Origin: Lentisphaerota bacterium
Lineage (GTDB): Bacteria > Verrucomicrobiota > Kiritimatiellia > PWTM01
Length of the DNA: 64,000 nucleotides
Direction of reading: 5' to 3'
Assembly (NCBI GenBank): GCA_016873715.1
Contig: VGWF01000001.1
Location: forward strand, 64,394 to 128,393
Program-made: the position numbers and the translations under genes
Part shown: one piece after another, positions 36,095 to 45,703 of the stretch
How the letters are laid out: every line of letters starts with the position of its first letter
How positions within the stretch are numbered: position 1 is the stretch's first letter
Notes under the pieces: model-generated
The model's database searches: none
Told to the model about the DNA's origin: nothing
What the model saw: the letters and a program-made list of their open reading frames with translations, nothing else

Positions 36095-37585
36095 CTACCC
36101 CGTGGGCGCGCCCCGCCCGAGCCACTCGATCAGGAGCCGTGCGCCGACGAGCGTCGCGCCGGCGCCACGGTGGGCGGACGGCTTCTCGTCCCAGGCGGTG
36201 CCGGCGATGTCGATGTGGGCCCACGGGACGCCGCCGGGGACGAACCGCTTCAGGAAGGCGCCGCCGATGATGGTGCCGGCGCTGCCGTCGCCGATGTTGC
36301 GCAGGTCGGCGAAGTCGCTGCGGATCTGCTGCTCGTACTCGGGCCACAGGGGCAGGGGCCAGAGCCGCTCGCCGGCGGCCTCGCCCGCCTCGCGGAGGCG
36401 CGCACCGAGGGCTTCATCGGTTCCGAGCACGGCCGCGGCGTGGTGTCCGAGGGCGACAATGACGGCGCCGGTCAGCGTGGCGAGGTCGACGATGGCCGAG
36501 GGCTTGAGGTCCGCGGCGACGGAGAGCGCGTCGGCGAGGACGAGCCGGCCCTCGGCGTCGGTGTTCTGGATCTCGATCGTCGTGCCGTTGCGGGCGCGGA
36601 CGATGTCGCCCGGCCGCGTGGCGCCGCCGCCGGGCATGTTCTCCGCGGCGGCGAGGATGCCGGTGACGTTGATCGGGAGGCGCAGGGCCGCGGCCGTCGC
36701 GACGGTCGCCAGGACCGCCATGCCGCCGCTCTTGTCGTAGCGCATCCACTCCATCCCCTTGCCCGGCTTCAGCGAGATGCCGCCGGAATCGAAGGTGATC
36801 GTCTTGCCCACCAGCGCCACGGGCTTCGCGCGGCCGCCGTTGCGGTACTCCAGCACGATCATCCGCGGCTCGTTGCGACTGCCCTGGCCGACCGCCAGAA
36901 GGGCGCGGCAGCCCATCCGCTCCAGCGCGGCGCGGTCGTGCACGCGGCAGGAGAACCCGTGGCGCCGGGCCATCCGGCGGCACTCGCGGGCGATGGCCTC
37001 GGGCGTTGCCTCGCGGCCCGGCAGGTTGGCGAGGCGGCGAACGTCGCGGAGGATCTCCGCCTCCCGCGCGGCGTCGCCGGCGGCGCGGCGGAGGGCGGCG
37101 GTCGGACGAACGCCCGCGATGGTGAGGTCCGGCGCGCCGGCGCCGGCGGGGGCGGACGTGAAGACATCGAAGCGCTCGGCGCCGGCCGAGGCGCCGCGGA
37201 CGATCCGGCGGACCGCTCCGGCGTTGCCGCCGTCGAAGGCATCCGGCACGCCGACGACCAGCGACCGCAGCTTCAGGCTGCGGCCCAGCCGGGCGGCCGT
37301 CGCGACGGCCCGCTCGAATCGGAAGCCGGGCGAGCCCCCGGCGCCGTCGATGCGCGCGAGAATCAGGTGGGCCGCGGGGAGTTGCCCCCACGTCGGGACG
37401 CAGACCGGGCCGGCGGACTCCCCCGCCCAGTCGTGCCGCTTCAGGGTTGCCTCCACCATGCGGGCCGCGATCGGCCCGTCCGGTCCGGCGGCGGGGCGGG
37501 CCTTTCCACCGGCGTACACGACGGGAACCAGGAGGGCATCGGCCTTCGTCCGCCACGGGGACGCGCCGGATATCTTCCACTTCAT
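36095..37585 (-). CDS. pepA: Leucyl aminopeptidase (M17 family)
   Basis: NTDAEGRLVLADAL signature and VGKTITFDSGGISLKP. Confidence 0.85.
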   Translation of the reverse strand: MKWKISGASPWRTKADALLVPVVYAGGKARPAAGPDGPIAARMVEATLKRHDWAGESAGPVCVPTWGQLPAAHLILARIDGAGGSPGFRFERAVATAARLGRSLKLRSLVVGVPDAFDGGNAGAVRRIVRGASAGAERFDVFTSAPAGAGAPDLTIAGVRPTAALRRAAGDAAREAEILRDVRRLANLPGREATPEAIARECRRMARRHGFSCRVHDRAALERMGCRALLAVGQGSRNEPRMIVLEYRNGGRAKPVALVGKTITFDSGGISLKPGKGMEWMRYDKSGGMAVLATVATAAALRLPINVTGILAAAENMPGGGATRPGDIVRARNGTTIEIQNTDAEGRLVLADALSVAADLKPSAIVDLATLTGAVIVALGHHAAAVLGTDEALGARLREAGEAAGERLWPLPLWPEYEQQIRSDFADLRNIGDGSAGTIIGGAFLKRFVPGGVPWAHIDIAGTAWDEKPSAHRGAGATLVGARLLIEWLGRGAPTG

Positions 37586-37598
37586 GGGGGGATCCTTG

Positions 37599-37934
37599 CT
37601 ACTGCATCTCGGGCGGCAGTTGGGCCTTTCGGGCGGGGTCGGCGGACAGGTCGTTCGCATCGAAACCGGCGAGGACGAGGGCCTGCTCGAAGTTCCGTCG
37701 CGCGGCGCGCTCGCTGTTGTAGGTGACGCTGACGACCTGGCGGGCCGGGTCCGTCTTCACCGCGACGACGATGTTGGTGTCGAAGATGCGGATCGTCCGC
37801 TCGACAACGTCCGCCGCCGCCTGCGTCTTCATCTGCGGCACCCGGATGTCGAACGTACGGATGACCTCGCGGTAGCAGCCGGCCGCGGCGAGGACCGCCG
37901 CCGAGGCGAGGGACAGGACCAAGGCTCGATTCAT
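37599..37934 (-). CDS. Small lipoprotein (111 aa)
   Basis: Signal peptide with lipobox LAAAGC (MNRALVLSLASAAVLAAAGCY). Function unknown. Confidence 0.5.
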   Translation of the reverse strand: MNRALVLSLASAAVLAAAGCYREVIRTFDIRVPQMKTQAAADVVERTIRIFDTNIVVAVKTDPARQVVSVTYNSERAARRNFEQALVLAGFDANDLSADPARKAQLPPEMQ

Positions 37935-38046
37935 GCCGCGTACACTAGGCACCGGCCCCCGCGGCGTCAACCCGGGCCGGCGGGCCGGACGCTCGTGCAG
38001 TCCCGGCTGGCCCTGCGAATGGAGTCGCTGTAGTCTCGACACGCTG

Positions 38047-41000
38047 ATGATGGAACGGCGGGTCCAGGCCCTCATGCTGGCGGTCGCGTTCTGGGCCGCC
38101 GGCCCCGGAGCGATCGCCGCCTCCGTGTACATCTCCGAGTTCATGGCGTCCAACGAGTCGACGCTGCCCGACAACGACGGCGTGTACAGCGACTGGATCG
38201 AGATCCATAACGCGTCGAACACGACCGTCACCCTGTCCGGCTGGTTCCTCACGGATTCGACGAACAACCTGACCAAGTGGCGGTTTCCAGCGGTCTCCCT
38301 GACGTCCGGGGCGCGGATGGTCGTGTTCGCCTCGAACGAGGACCGCCGCAACCCGCTCGCGCCGCTGCACACGAACTTCAAGCTCGATGCCGGCGGCGAG
38401 CCGCTCCTGCTGGTCCGCCCCGACGGAGTCACCGTGGAGCACGGGCTCCTTCCCGCGTTCCCGCCGCAGGCGCAGGACGTCGCGTATGGCTACTCCGACG
38501 CCTCGGGCACGAACACGGTCCTGGCCTCCGGCGCGGCCGTGCGGGCGGCGGTGCCGACATCGTCCACGCATTTCGCCACGTCTTTCGCCGGATGGGAGAC
38601 GCCCGCCTTCCAGGCGTCGGCGTGGACCTCCGGCACCTCGGGCGTGGGGTACGACACGGGTGGCGAGTACTCGGGGCTGATCGGGCTCGACGTGCAGGGA
38701 CCGATGCGGGGTCTCAACGCCAGCGTGTTCCTCCGGCAGGGCTTCGTGGCCTCCAATGTCGCACAGGTCGCCTCCGTGTGGCTGCGGGCGAAGTGGGACG
38801 ACGGCTTCCGGGCCTACCTGAACGGAACGGCGGTGGCCGAAGCCGACGCGCCCGCGGGCGAGACGTGGAATGCGGTCGCGACGGGCAACCGCGACGAGCA
38901 GGCCAACGAGTCGTGGACGTGGTTCGCCGTCACGAACGGTCCGGCGCTTCTGGTCGAGGGCACGAACGTGCTCGCGATCCACGGGTTCAATGTCAACACG
39001 AACAGCAGCGACATGCTCGTGCTGCCGGAGGTCGACCTGGTCCGGGTCGCGGGACCGTCCGGCGCGCCACCGGCCTACCTGGCCTCGCCGACGCCCGGCG
39101 CGCCGAACTCGGCGGCGCGCGGGGCGATGGGTCCGGTGATCCGCGGCGTCACCGATCGGCCGCCGCGTCCGCTGGGGACGCCGGCCAGCCCGCCGGTCCT
39201 CGTGACGGCCGAGGTCACGCCCAGCCTGAGGCCGGTCGGGTCCGTGACGCTGGCGCACCGGACGATGTTCGGCGCGGAGACCCTGGTTGCGATGACGGTC
39301 GTTTCCGGTTCGACGTGGCGCGCGGAGATCCCGACCGCCGCCCTTCCGCCGGGCCACATGCTGCGGTGGCGCGTGATCGCGGTCGACAACGCCGGCGCGA
39401 CGAACACCGCACCGCCGTACCTCGATCCGCTCGACGCGGACCAGTACTGCGGCACGGTTGCGCTGGATCCCGCGGTGACGAACTCGAGGCTGCCGGTGAT
39501 CCACTGGTTCGTCCCGGTCTACACCCAGGTGACGGCGGTGGCCGGCGGGCGGACGTCGATGTTCCACCTCGACCGGTTCTACGACAACGTGCTCGTCAGC
39601 CGGCACGGGCAGTCCACCGCGGGGTTCAGCAAGAAGAGCTTCAATCTCGACTACAACGACGGCAACCGCTTCCTCTGGCGCGAGGGGGAGGGGAAGGTCA
39701 AGGACGTCAAGTGGCTGACGAACTGGGGCGACAAGACCAAGACGCACAACACGCTCGCTCACGAGATCGCCGGGGCGATCGGGGCCGGGCACCATTTCGC
39801 GACGCCCATCCGGCTGCAGACCAACGGGGGATTCTACAGCGTGGCGGACATGGTCGAGGATGCGGACGACCGCTGGCTCGACCGGCTGGGCCTCGATCCC
39901 GAGGGCGCGCTCTACAAGATGTACAACGCGCTCAATGCGGCCTCGGGCAACGAGAAGAAGACACGCGCGACCGAGGGGACCGCGGACCTGCAGGCGGTCG
40001 TCACCGGTCTCAGCCCCTCCGCGGCCCTGGCTGCTCGCCGCCGGTATGCCTACGACAACCTCGACCTGGCGGCATGCGTCAGCTACTTCGTCGGGCGGAA
40101 TCTCAACAGCGACCAGGATCACGGTCACAAGAACTACTACCTGTATCGCGACACGCTCGACACGGGCGAATGGTCGATCCTCCAGTGGGACACGGATCTG
40201 AGCTACGGCCGCAACTGGACCCAGTCGAACGGGTACCTGCACGACCTGCTGTGGCAGACCAATCCGTTGAGCTTCTACCCGGGGTCCGCGATCCAGTCCA
40301 AGACGACGAACCGGCTGTACCAGCTCTTCTGGGAGGTGCCGGAGTTCCGGGCGATGTACCTGAGGCGGTTGCGGTCGGCGGCGGACGAGGTGCTGCAGCC
40401 GCCGGGCACGCCCGCGCAGGACCTGCGGCTGGAGAGACGATTCGACGAACTTGCCGACCTGATCGATCCGCCCGGGGTGGGCACCAACAGCGACGCCTAC
40501 GCCGACTACCTCCGATGGGGGTCCTGGGGTACCAACACGCAGATGCGGGCCGAGATCGGCAGGACCAAGGCGATCCACCTTCCGGGTCGACGCGAGTTCA
40601 TCTACAGCAGCCCCACGGCGAACATCGGGGGCGAACGGATGCCCGACGCGCAGCCGGGCGACGTCACGGTCGGGTTCGGCGTGCTCGATGCGATGCCCGC
40701 CGGCGGCGATCCGGACGGGGAGTACTTCACGCTGGTCAACACGAACGCCATCGCCGTCGACATCAGCGGGTGGTCGGTCACGGGCGGCGTGCGCCACGTC
40801 TTCCGGCCGGGGACCGTGATTCCTCCGGGCGGCGGCGGGACGGAGAACATCGGCGCCCTCTACGTGGCGCGGCGTTCAGCCGCCTTCCGCGGCCGTCCCT
40901 CGGGACCGGCATCGAACCAGTTCTGCTTCGTGCAGCAGGGCTACCAAGGCCGGCTTTCGATGCGCGGCGAACCGCTGCACCTGCTCGACCCGACCGGCCG

Positions 41001-42846
41001 GCTGGTGGCCGCGACGGCGGTTCCCGCCGCGCCGACGCCGTGCCAGGTCTCCTTGCGCATCAGCAAGCTGATGTACAATCCGCCCGGGCCGACGGCCGGG
41101 GAGAACGCGGCGATTCCGTTCCTGCTCGACACCGACTTCGAGTTCATCGAACTGGTCAACACCGGGACGAACTCGCTCGATCTGGGCGGTGCGCGGTTCG
41201 TGCAGGGGGTCGACTTCATCTTCGCTTCGAACACGGTGCTCGCCGCCGGCGCGCGGCTGGTCGTGGTGGCCAATGCCGCGGCCTTCGCCCTCCGCTATGG
41301 AACCCATGCCTCGGTGGCGGGCGCCTATGCCGGTTCTCTGGACAACGGAGGGGAAACGCTGCAACTCCTCGATTCCCGCGGCGAGGAGATCCTGGAGTTC
41401 ACCTACAAGGACGGGTGGGCACCGATCACGGACGGGCTTGGCTTCGCGCTGGTGATCGACGACGAGTCGGGCGACTGGACCACGTGGGACGAGAAGACGT
41501 CGTGGCGGACCTCCGGTCTGCTGAACGGTTCTCCCGGCCTGCCTGACCCCGGTCCGCCCGTCGTGCCGGCGGTCGTCATCGACGAAGCCCTGGCGCACAC
41601 CGATCCCCCGCTGCTCGATGCCATCGAACTCCTCAATCCGTCCGGAACGGCGGCGAACGTGGGGGGCTGGTATCTCACGGACGACTTCTACGTCCCCAGG
41701 AAGTTCAGGATACCGGCAGGGACGGAGATCGCTCCGGGCGGCCGGGTCCTGTTCGATGCCAGTCAATTCAATGCCGACTCGAACTCGCCGTCCGCCTTCC
41801 AACTGTCGTCGACCGGCGATGCGGTATGGCTCTTCTCCGCCGATGCGTCGAGCAACCTGACCGGGTATGTTCACGGATTCGGATTCGGGGCGTCGCCGAA
41901 CGGCGTGTCCTTCGGAAGGCATGTGACGAGCGAGGGGGAGGAGCACTTCGTCGCGCAGTCCTCTCGAACGTTGGGCCAGGGGAACGCCGGTCCGAGGGTC
42001 GGGCCGATCGTGATCAGCGAGATCATGTACCATCCGCAGGAGGGCGGCACGAACGAGGATGCCCGGCTGGAGTTCATCGAGGTGCGGAACATCGGGGATT
42101 CCGCGGTGGCGCTCCATGACCCCGCTGCGCCCACCAACCGGTGGCGGCTCGCGGGGGCCGTTGAGTTTGACCTGCCGCCGGGGACGCAGATCGCCGCCGG
42201 CTCGTCGCTGATCATGGTCGGCTTTGATCCGGCGGTTCCTGGTGATTCATCCTTCTTCCGCACGGCCTATCCAAGCGCCTCCAATGCCGTCATGGTCGGG
42301 CCTTGGTCCGGACGTCTCGCCAATTCCGGTGAAGCGGTGGAGCTCTACATGCCCGATTCCCCGAACCCGGGCGGTGTGCCCTGGATCCTGATCGAACGCG
42401 TCGCCTACGGGGACGGGGAACCCTGGCCTGCGGCCGCAGACGGCGGTGGCGCCTCCTTGCAGAGAATTGCAGAAGGGGCCTACGCCGACGATTCCATCAA
42501 CTGGTTTGCGGCCCGGCCATCCGTCGGACTCGCGGCGGATCTCGCTGCGGATGGGGACGGGGATGGATCGCCGGACTGGGCCGAACGGCGCGCCGGCACG
42601 GACGCAGGAGATCCCCGTTCGCGCCTGGTGCTGACGTCGGTTCGCCCGACGGCCGGCGGTGGAGTCGAAGTGGGATGGCCGGGCGTCAGCGGCAAGCGCT
42701 ACGCCATCGAAAGCACGACGAACCTGGCGGGCGGCGGTCCGTTTGACGTCGAGGCGTCCGGCGTGCCCGGATCCGGCGCCGGCACGGTGCAGTCCGTCCC
42801 GCAACCCGGGCCGCTTCGCGTCTTTCGCGTTCGCGTCGAGCCGTAG
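38047..42846 (+). CDS. Giant secreted protein with a CotH kinase-like domain and at least 5 lamin-tail domains (LTD)
   Basis: Signal peptide MMERRVQALMLAVAFWAAGPGAIA. LTD motifs (ISEFMASN ... SDWIEIHN ... LSGWFLTD, and again near residues 900, 1040, 1230 and 1370). CotH motifs (DRFYDNVLVSRHGQS ... KKSFNLDYN ... KWLTNWGDKT). C-terminal DGDGDGSPDW calcium-binding-like acidic stretch. Confidence 0.85.
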   Translation: MMERRVQALMLAVAFWAAGPGAIAASVYISEFMASNESTLPDNDGVYSDWIEIHNASNTTVTLSGWFLTDSTNNLTKWRFPAVSLTSGARMVVFASNEDRRNPLAPLHTNFKLDAGGEPLLLVRPDGVTVEHGLLPAFPPQAQDVAYGYSDASGTNTVLASGAAVRAAVPTSSTHFATSFAGWETPAFQASAWTSGTSGVGYDTGGEYSGLIGLDVQGPMRGLNASVFLRQGFVASNVAQVASVWLRAKWDDGFRAYLNGTAVAEADAPAGETWNAVATGNRDEQANESWTWFAVTNGPALLVEGTNVLAIHGFNVNTNSSDMLVLPEVDLVRVAGPSGAPPAYLASPTPGAPNSAARGAMGPVIRGVTDRPPRPLGTPASPPVLVTAEVTPSLRPVGSVTLAHRTMFGAETLVAMTVVSGSTWRAEIPTAALPPGHMLRWRVIAVDNAGATNTAPPYLDPLDADQYCGTVALDPAVTNSRLPVIHWFVPVYTQVTAVAGGRTSMFHLDRFYDNVLVSRHGQSTAGFSKKSFNLDYNDGNRFLWREGEGKVKDVKWLTNWGDKTKTHNTLAHEIAGAIGAGHHFATPIRLQTNGGFYSVADMVEDADDRWLDRLGLDPEGALYKMYNALNAASGNEKKTRATEGTADLQAVVTGLSPSAALAARRRYAYDNLDLAACVSYFVGRNLNSDQDHGHKNYYLYRDTLDTGEWSILQWDTDLSYGRNWTQSNGYLHDLLWQTNPLSFYPGSAIQSKTTNRLYQLFWEVPEFRAMYLRRLRSAADEVLQPPGTPAQDLRLERRFDELADLIDPPGVGTNSDAYADYLRWGSWGTNTQMRAEIGRTKAIHLPGRREFIYSSPTANIGGERMPDAQPGDVTVGFGVLDAMPAGGDPDGEYFTLVNTNAIAVDISGWSVTGGVRHVFRPGTVIPPGGGGTENIGALYVARRSAAFRGRPSGPASNQFCFVQQGYQGRLSMRGEPLHLLDPTGRLVAATAVPAAPTPCQVSLRISKLMYNPPGPTAGENAAIPFLLDTDFEFIELVNTGTNSLDLGGARFVQGVDFIFASNTVLAAGARLVVVANAAAFALRYGTHASVAGAYAGSLDNGGETLQLLDSRGEEILEFTYKDGWAPITDGLGFALVIDDESGDWTTWDEKTSWRTSGLLNGSPGLPDPGPPVVPAVVIDEALAHTDPPLLDAIELLNPSGTAANVGGWYLTDDFYVPRKFRIPAGTEIAPGGRVLFDASQFNADSNSPSAFQLSSTGDAVWLFSADASSNLTGYVHGFGFGASPNGVSFGRHVTSEGEEHFVAQSSRTLGQGNAGPRVGPIVISEIMYHPQEGGTNEDARLEFIEVRNIGDSAVALHDPAAPTNRWRLAGAVEFDLPPGTQIAAGSSLIMVGFDPAVPGDSSFFRTAYPSASNAVMVGPWSGRLANSGEAVELYMPDSPNPGGVPWILIERVAYGDGEPWPAAADGGGASLQRIAEGAYADDSINWFAARPSVGLAADLAADGDGDGSPDWAERRAGTDAGDPRSRLVLTSVRPTAGGGVEVGWPGVSGKRYAIESTTNLAGGGPFDVEASGVPGSGAGTVQSVPQPGPLRVFRVRVEP

Positions 42847-43123
42847 ATCGTCCGGGTGCGGCGTGCTCCCGTGCGGCGTGGAGTCGGTTCCGGCAACGGA
42901 CCTTGGCGGGGGCGCCCGCGGGAGGGGCGGTTCGCGCCATCCGATGGCGGGCGACCTCGTCGCCGGTGCGCGCCCTCCGCAGGATGTGCCGGGCGGGCCC
43001 TTCGGAGCCGATCCACGGGCCAGCCGCCCGGACTCCAGGCGAAGCTCCCTCCGCAGCGCCGGACGCGGCATCGCCACCCGGGCCTCGTCGAACGGATGAC
43101 CGGCGTCCGGCAGCGGAACGGGA

Positions 43124-43636
43124 TCAGCCGGCCGCCTTCTCGGCGGCGTGAAGGGCCTTCGCGTAGTCGGGCTCCTTCGCGATCTCGGGCACGAGTTCCG
43201 AGTGGACGATCCGGTTGGCGTGGTCGAGGACCAGCACGGCGCGTGCAAGAAGCCCGGTGAGCGGACCCTCCTCGATCCGGACCCCGTAGGCCTGGCCGAA
43301 CGCGGGATTCCGGAAGCAGGAGAGGGTCACGACGTGCGTGAGGCCGTCCGCATCGCAGAAGCGCTTCTGCGCGAACGGGAGGTCGGCGGAGACGTTGATC
43401 AGCACGACATCCCGCAGGCGCCCCACGGCCTCGTTGAACTTCCGCGCCGACGTCGCGCACACGGAGGTGTCGAGGCTGGGCACGATGCTCAGCACCTTGA
43501 CCTTGCCGGTGAAGGACTCGAGACCTTTCTCGGAAAGGTCCGCCGCGGTCAGGTGAAACGGACGGGCCGCCTGTCCGGCGGCCGGCAGCTCGCCCGAAAG
43601 GCGAACCGGAGTGCCCTTGAACGTTACGGTAGCCAT
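43124..43636 (-). CDS. tpx: Thiol peroxidase (atypical 2-Cys peroxiredoxin)
   Basis: LSIVPSLDTSVCATSARKFNE and C-terminal motifs of Tpx. Confidence 0.85.
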   Translation of the reverse strand: MATVTFKGTPVRLSGELPAAGQAARPFHLTAADLSEKGLESFTGKVKVLSIVPSLDTSVCATSARKFNEAVGRLRDVVLINVSADLPFAQKRFCDADGLTHVVTLSCFRNPAFGQAYGVRIEEGPLTGLLARAVLVLDHANRIVHSELVPEIAKEPDYAKALHAAEKAAG

Positions 43637-43688
43637 GGATCGATCCCCCCGGCCGGTCGTCCGGCCGCTGTGTCCGGGGGGAGAATAC

Positions 43689-43710
43689 GTTGAAACGATT
43701 GTGTTTCAAC
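43689..43710. promoter_or_regulatory. AT-rich perfect palindrome in the tpx/argC divergent promoter region (candidate operator)
   Basis: gttgaaac-gattgt-gtttcaac (8-bp arms), 53 bp upstream of the tpx ATG and 56 bp upstream of the argC ATG. Confidence 0.3.
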
Positions 43711-43765
43711 CCTTGTCGCCGTAGATTCGTCGGGCCGCGCCGCGCGCGCGGGAGGAGACGGGACC

Positions 43766-44824
43766 ATGATTCGGGCGAAAGTCGTCGGGGCCGGGGGCTA
43801 TGGCGGGGTCGGCATCGTCGAGTTCCTGCTGGGCCATCCGGAGGCGAGAGTGACGACGCTGGCCGCGGCCGCGGACGTTGGAATCGCCATGAGCGACCTC
43901 TGGCCGCATCTGAAGGGCTTCTGCGACGACACGATCCTCGCCTACGACGATCCCCGGGCGCGCGAGCCGGCGGACGTTGTCTTCTTCGCCACTCCCGACG
44001 GCGTCGGCATGAGATTCGCCGAGGAGGAGATGAAGCGCGGCGCGAAGATCATCGATTTCAGCGGCGACTTCCGGTTCAACGACGTCGCGACCTACGACGA
44101 CTACGCGAAGCGCGCGGGCAAGCCGATCCAGCACGCCGCCCCGCACCTGCTCCCCCAGTCGGTCTACGGCCTCGCGGAGTTGGAGAACCCCCGGCTCAAC
44201 GCCGAGGCGAAGCTCGTCGCGAACGCGGGCTGCTTCGCGGTCAGCGTCCTGCTCGGCCTCGCCCCCGCGGCGAAGCACGGGCTGATCCGGCCGGACCGCG
44301 TCATCGCGGACTGCAAGACGGCGATCTCCGGCGCGGGCAAGAAGCCCAGCGCGACGTATCACTACCCCGCGCGCTACGAGAACATGAACGCCTACAAGCT
44401 GGCCGGGCACCAGCACGTGTGCGAGGTCGAGACGGAACTGAAGCGCATCTCCGGCCGCGACCACCGGATCGTCTTCACGGCGCAGGTCGTTCCGATGTGC
44501 CGCGGCATCCTGTCGTGCCTCTACGGCGATCTGCTCGACGGCGTCACGACGGAGCAGGTCCTCGAGGCCTACCGGTCCTACCACGGGAAGCACCCGTTCG
44601 TGCGGATCTTCGACCGGAAGGCGACGGTCGGCACGATCCACGTCCGCGGCTCGAACTTCTGCAACCTGACCGTCGACGTGGACGAGCGCACGCGGACGCT
44701 TCGCGTGATCTCGCACATCGACAATCTCGTGAAGGGCCAGGCCGGGAACGCGCTGCAGAACATGAACGTCATGTTCGGGCTGCCGCAGACCGCCGGGCTG
44801 ATGAAGCCCGGGATGAACCCGTAG
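43766..44824 (+). CDS. argC: N-acetyl-gamma-glutamyl-phosphate reductase
   Basis: VVGAGGYGG Rossmann motif and catalytic-Cys region LVANAGCFAVSVLLGLAP. Confidence 0.9.
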   Translation: MIRAKVVGAGGYGGVGIVEFLLGHPEARVTTLAAAADVGIAMSDLWPHLKGFCDDTILAYDDPRAREPADVVFFATPDGVGMRFAEEEMKRGAKIIDFSGDFRFNDVATYDDYAKRAGKPIQHAAPHLLPQSVYGLAELENPRLNAEAKLVANAGCFAVSVLLGLAPAAKHGLIRPDRVIADCKTAISGAGKKPSATYHYPARYENMNAYKLAGHQHVCEVETELKRISGRDHRIVFTAQVVPMCRGILSCLYGDLLDGVTTEQVLEAYRSYHGKHPFVRIFDRKATVGTIHVRGSNFCNLTVDVDERTRTLRVISHIDNLVKGQAGNALQNMNVMFGLPQTAGLMKPGMNP

Positions 44825-44837
44825 CGGCGCTGCGCGC

Positions 44838-44935
44838 CGAACATCGAACGCCGAACATCGAACATCGAACACCGAACATCGAACACCGAACACCGAACAT
44901 CGAACACCGAACACCGGACATCGAACGCCGAACGC
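44838..44935. repeat. Heptanucleotide microsatellite (CGAACAY)14
   Basis: 14 consecutive 7-bp units (cgaacat / cgaacac / cgaacgc / cggacat) starting 14 nt after the argC stop. Intergenic. Confidence 0.85.
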
Positions 44936-45055
44936 GAACAGCCGCCAGACGCCGGTGACGGAGCCCGGCCCCATGCTCGGACCCCGGACAAGGGCACGGC
45001 GCGCCGCTTCCGAACCTCTGGACCTGTGAACCGCTGAACCCGCGCACCCGCCCCT

Positions 45056-45673
45056 GTGCCTCCCTACCGCCACATCCTCGCCGACATCGGCGTCGTGACG
45101 CTGCGCATGAACTTCGCGGGGGCGGCGGTCCGCATGGCGGCCGCCTGCGGGAAGGCCGCGGTCCGCGGGCCGGCGGCGCTGATGAAGGCGTTCTACGGGG
45201 ATCCGATGCTGGCCGAGTACGAATGCGGGCGCCGCGGCCGCGCGGAGTTCGTCGGCCATTTCCGGGAGAAGGTCGGGTTTCGCGGGGGCGACGACGAGTT
45301 CGTCGCGATCTGGCGCTCGGTGTTCTCGGAGAACGAGCCGATGATCGACTTCTGGCGGTCGGTGGCCGGCCGCCGTGCGGATGTCTGGTTCTTCTCGAAC
45401 ACCGGCGAGATGCACGTGCCGTGGGTCTACGAGGCCTTCCCGCGGATGGCGGTCCACCGGGGGCAGGCCCTGTCCTACGAACTGGGCGTCATGAAGCCCG
45501 ATCCCTCGTTCTTCCGGCTCGGGCTCGGCCGGTTGGGGCTGGCTGCGGAGGACTGTCTCTTCATCGACGACCAGGCGGCGAACTGCGAGGCCGCGCGGGC
45601 CTGCGGGATCGAGAGCATCCACTACACCGACGCGCCCTCCGCCCTTGCCGCCTTGCGGGCGCGGCTGCGGTGA
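45056..45673 (+). CDS. HAD-superfamily hydrolase
   Basis: GTG start. N-terminal DIG motif (ILADIGVV) and C-terminal FIDDQAANCEAARACGIESIHY, a HAD motif IV-like. Confidence 0.55.
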   Translation: MPPYRHILADIGVVTLRMNFAGAAVRMAAACGKAAVRGPAALMKAFYGDPMLAEYECGRRGRAEFVGHFREKVGFRGGDDEFVAIWRSVFSENEPMIDFWRSVAGRRADVWFFSNTGEMHVPWVYEAFPRMAVHRGQALSYELGVMKPDPSFFRLGLGRLGLAAEDCLFIDDQAANCEAARACGIESIHYTDAPSALAALRARLR

Positions 45674-45703
45674 GGGCCTGCCGCCTCCTCGATCCGCCGG
45701 CCC

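Noticed and set aside
37945-40797. 950-aa minus-strand ORF and the 38277..41546 plus-frame ORF overlapping the CotH/LTD gene
   Set aside because: Alternative-frame artefacts. Only the 37933..42846 frame contains LTD and CotH motifs and a signal peptide.
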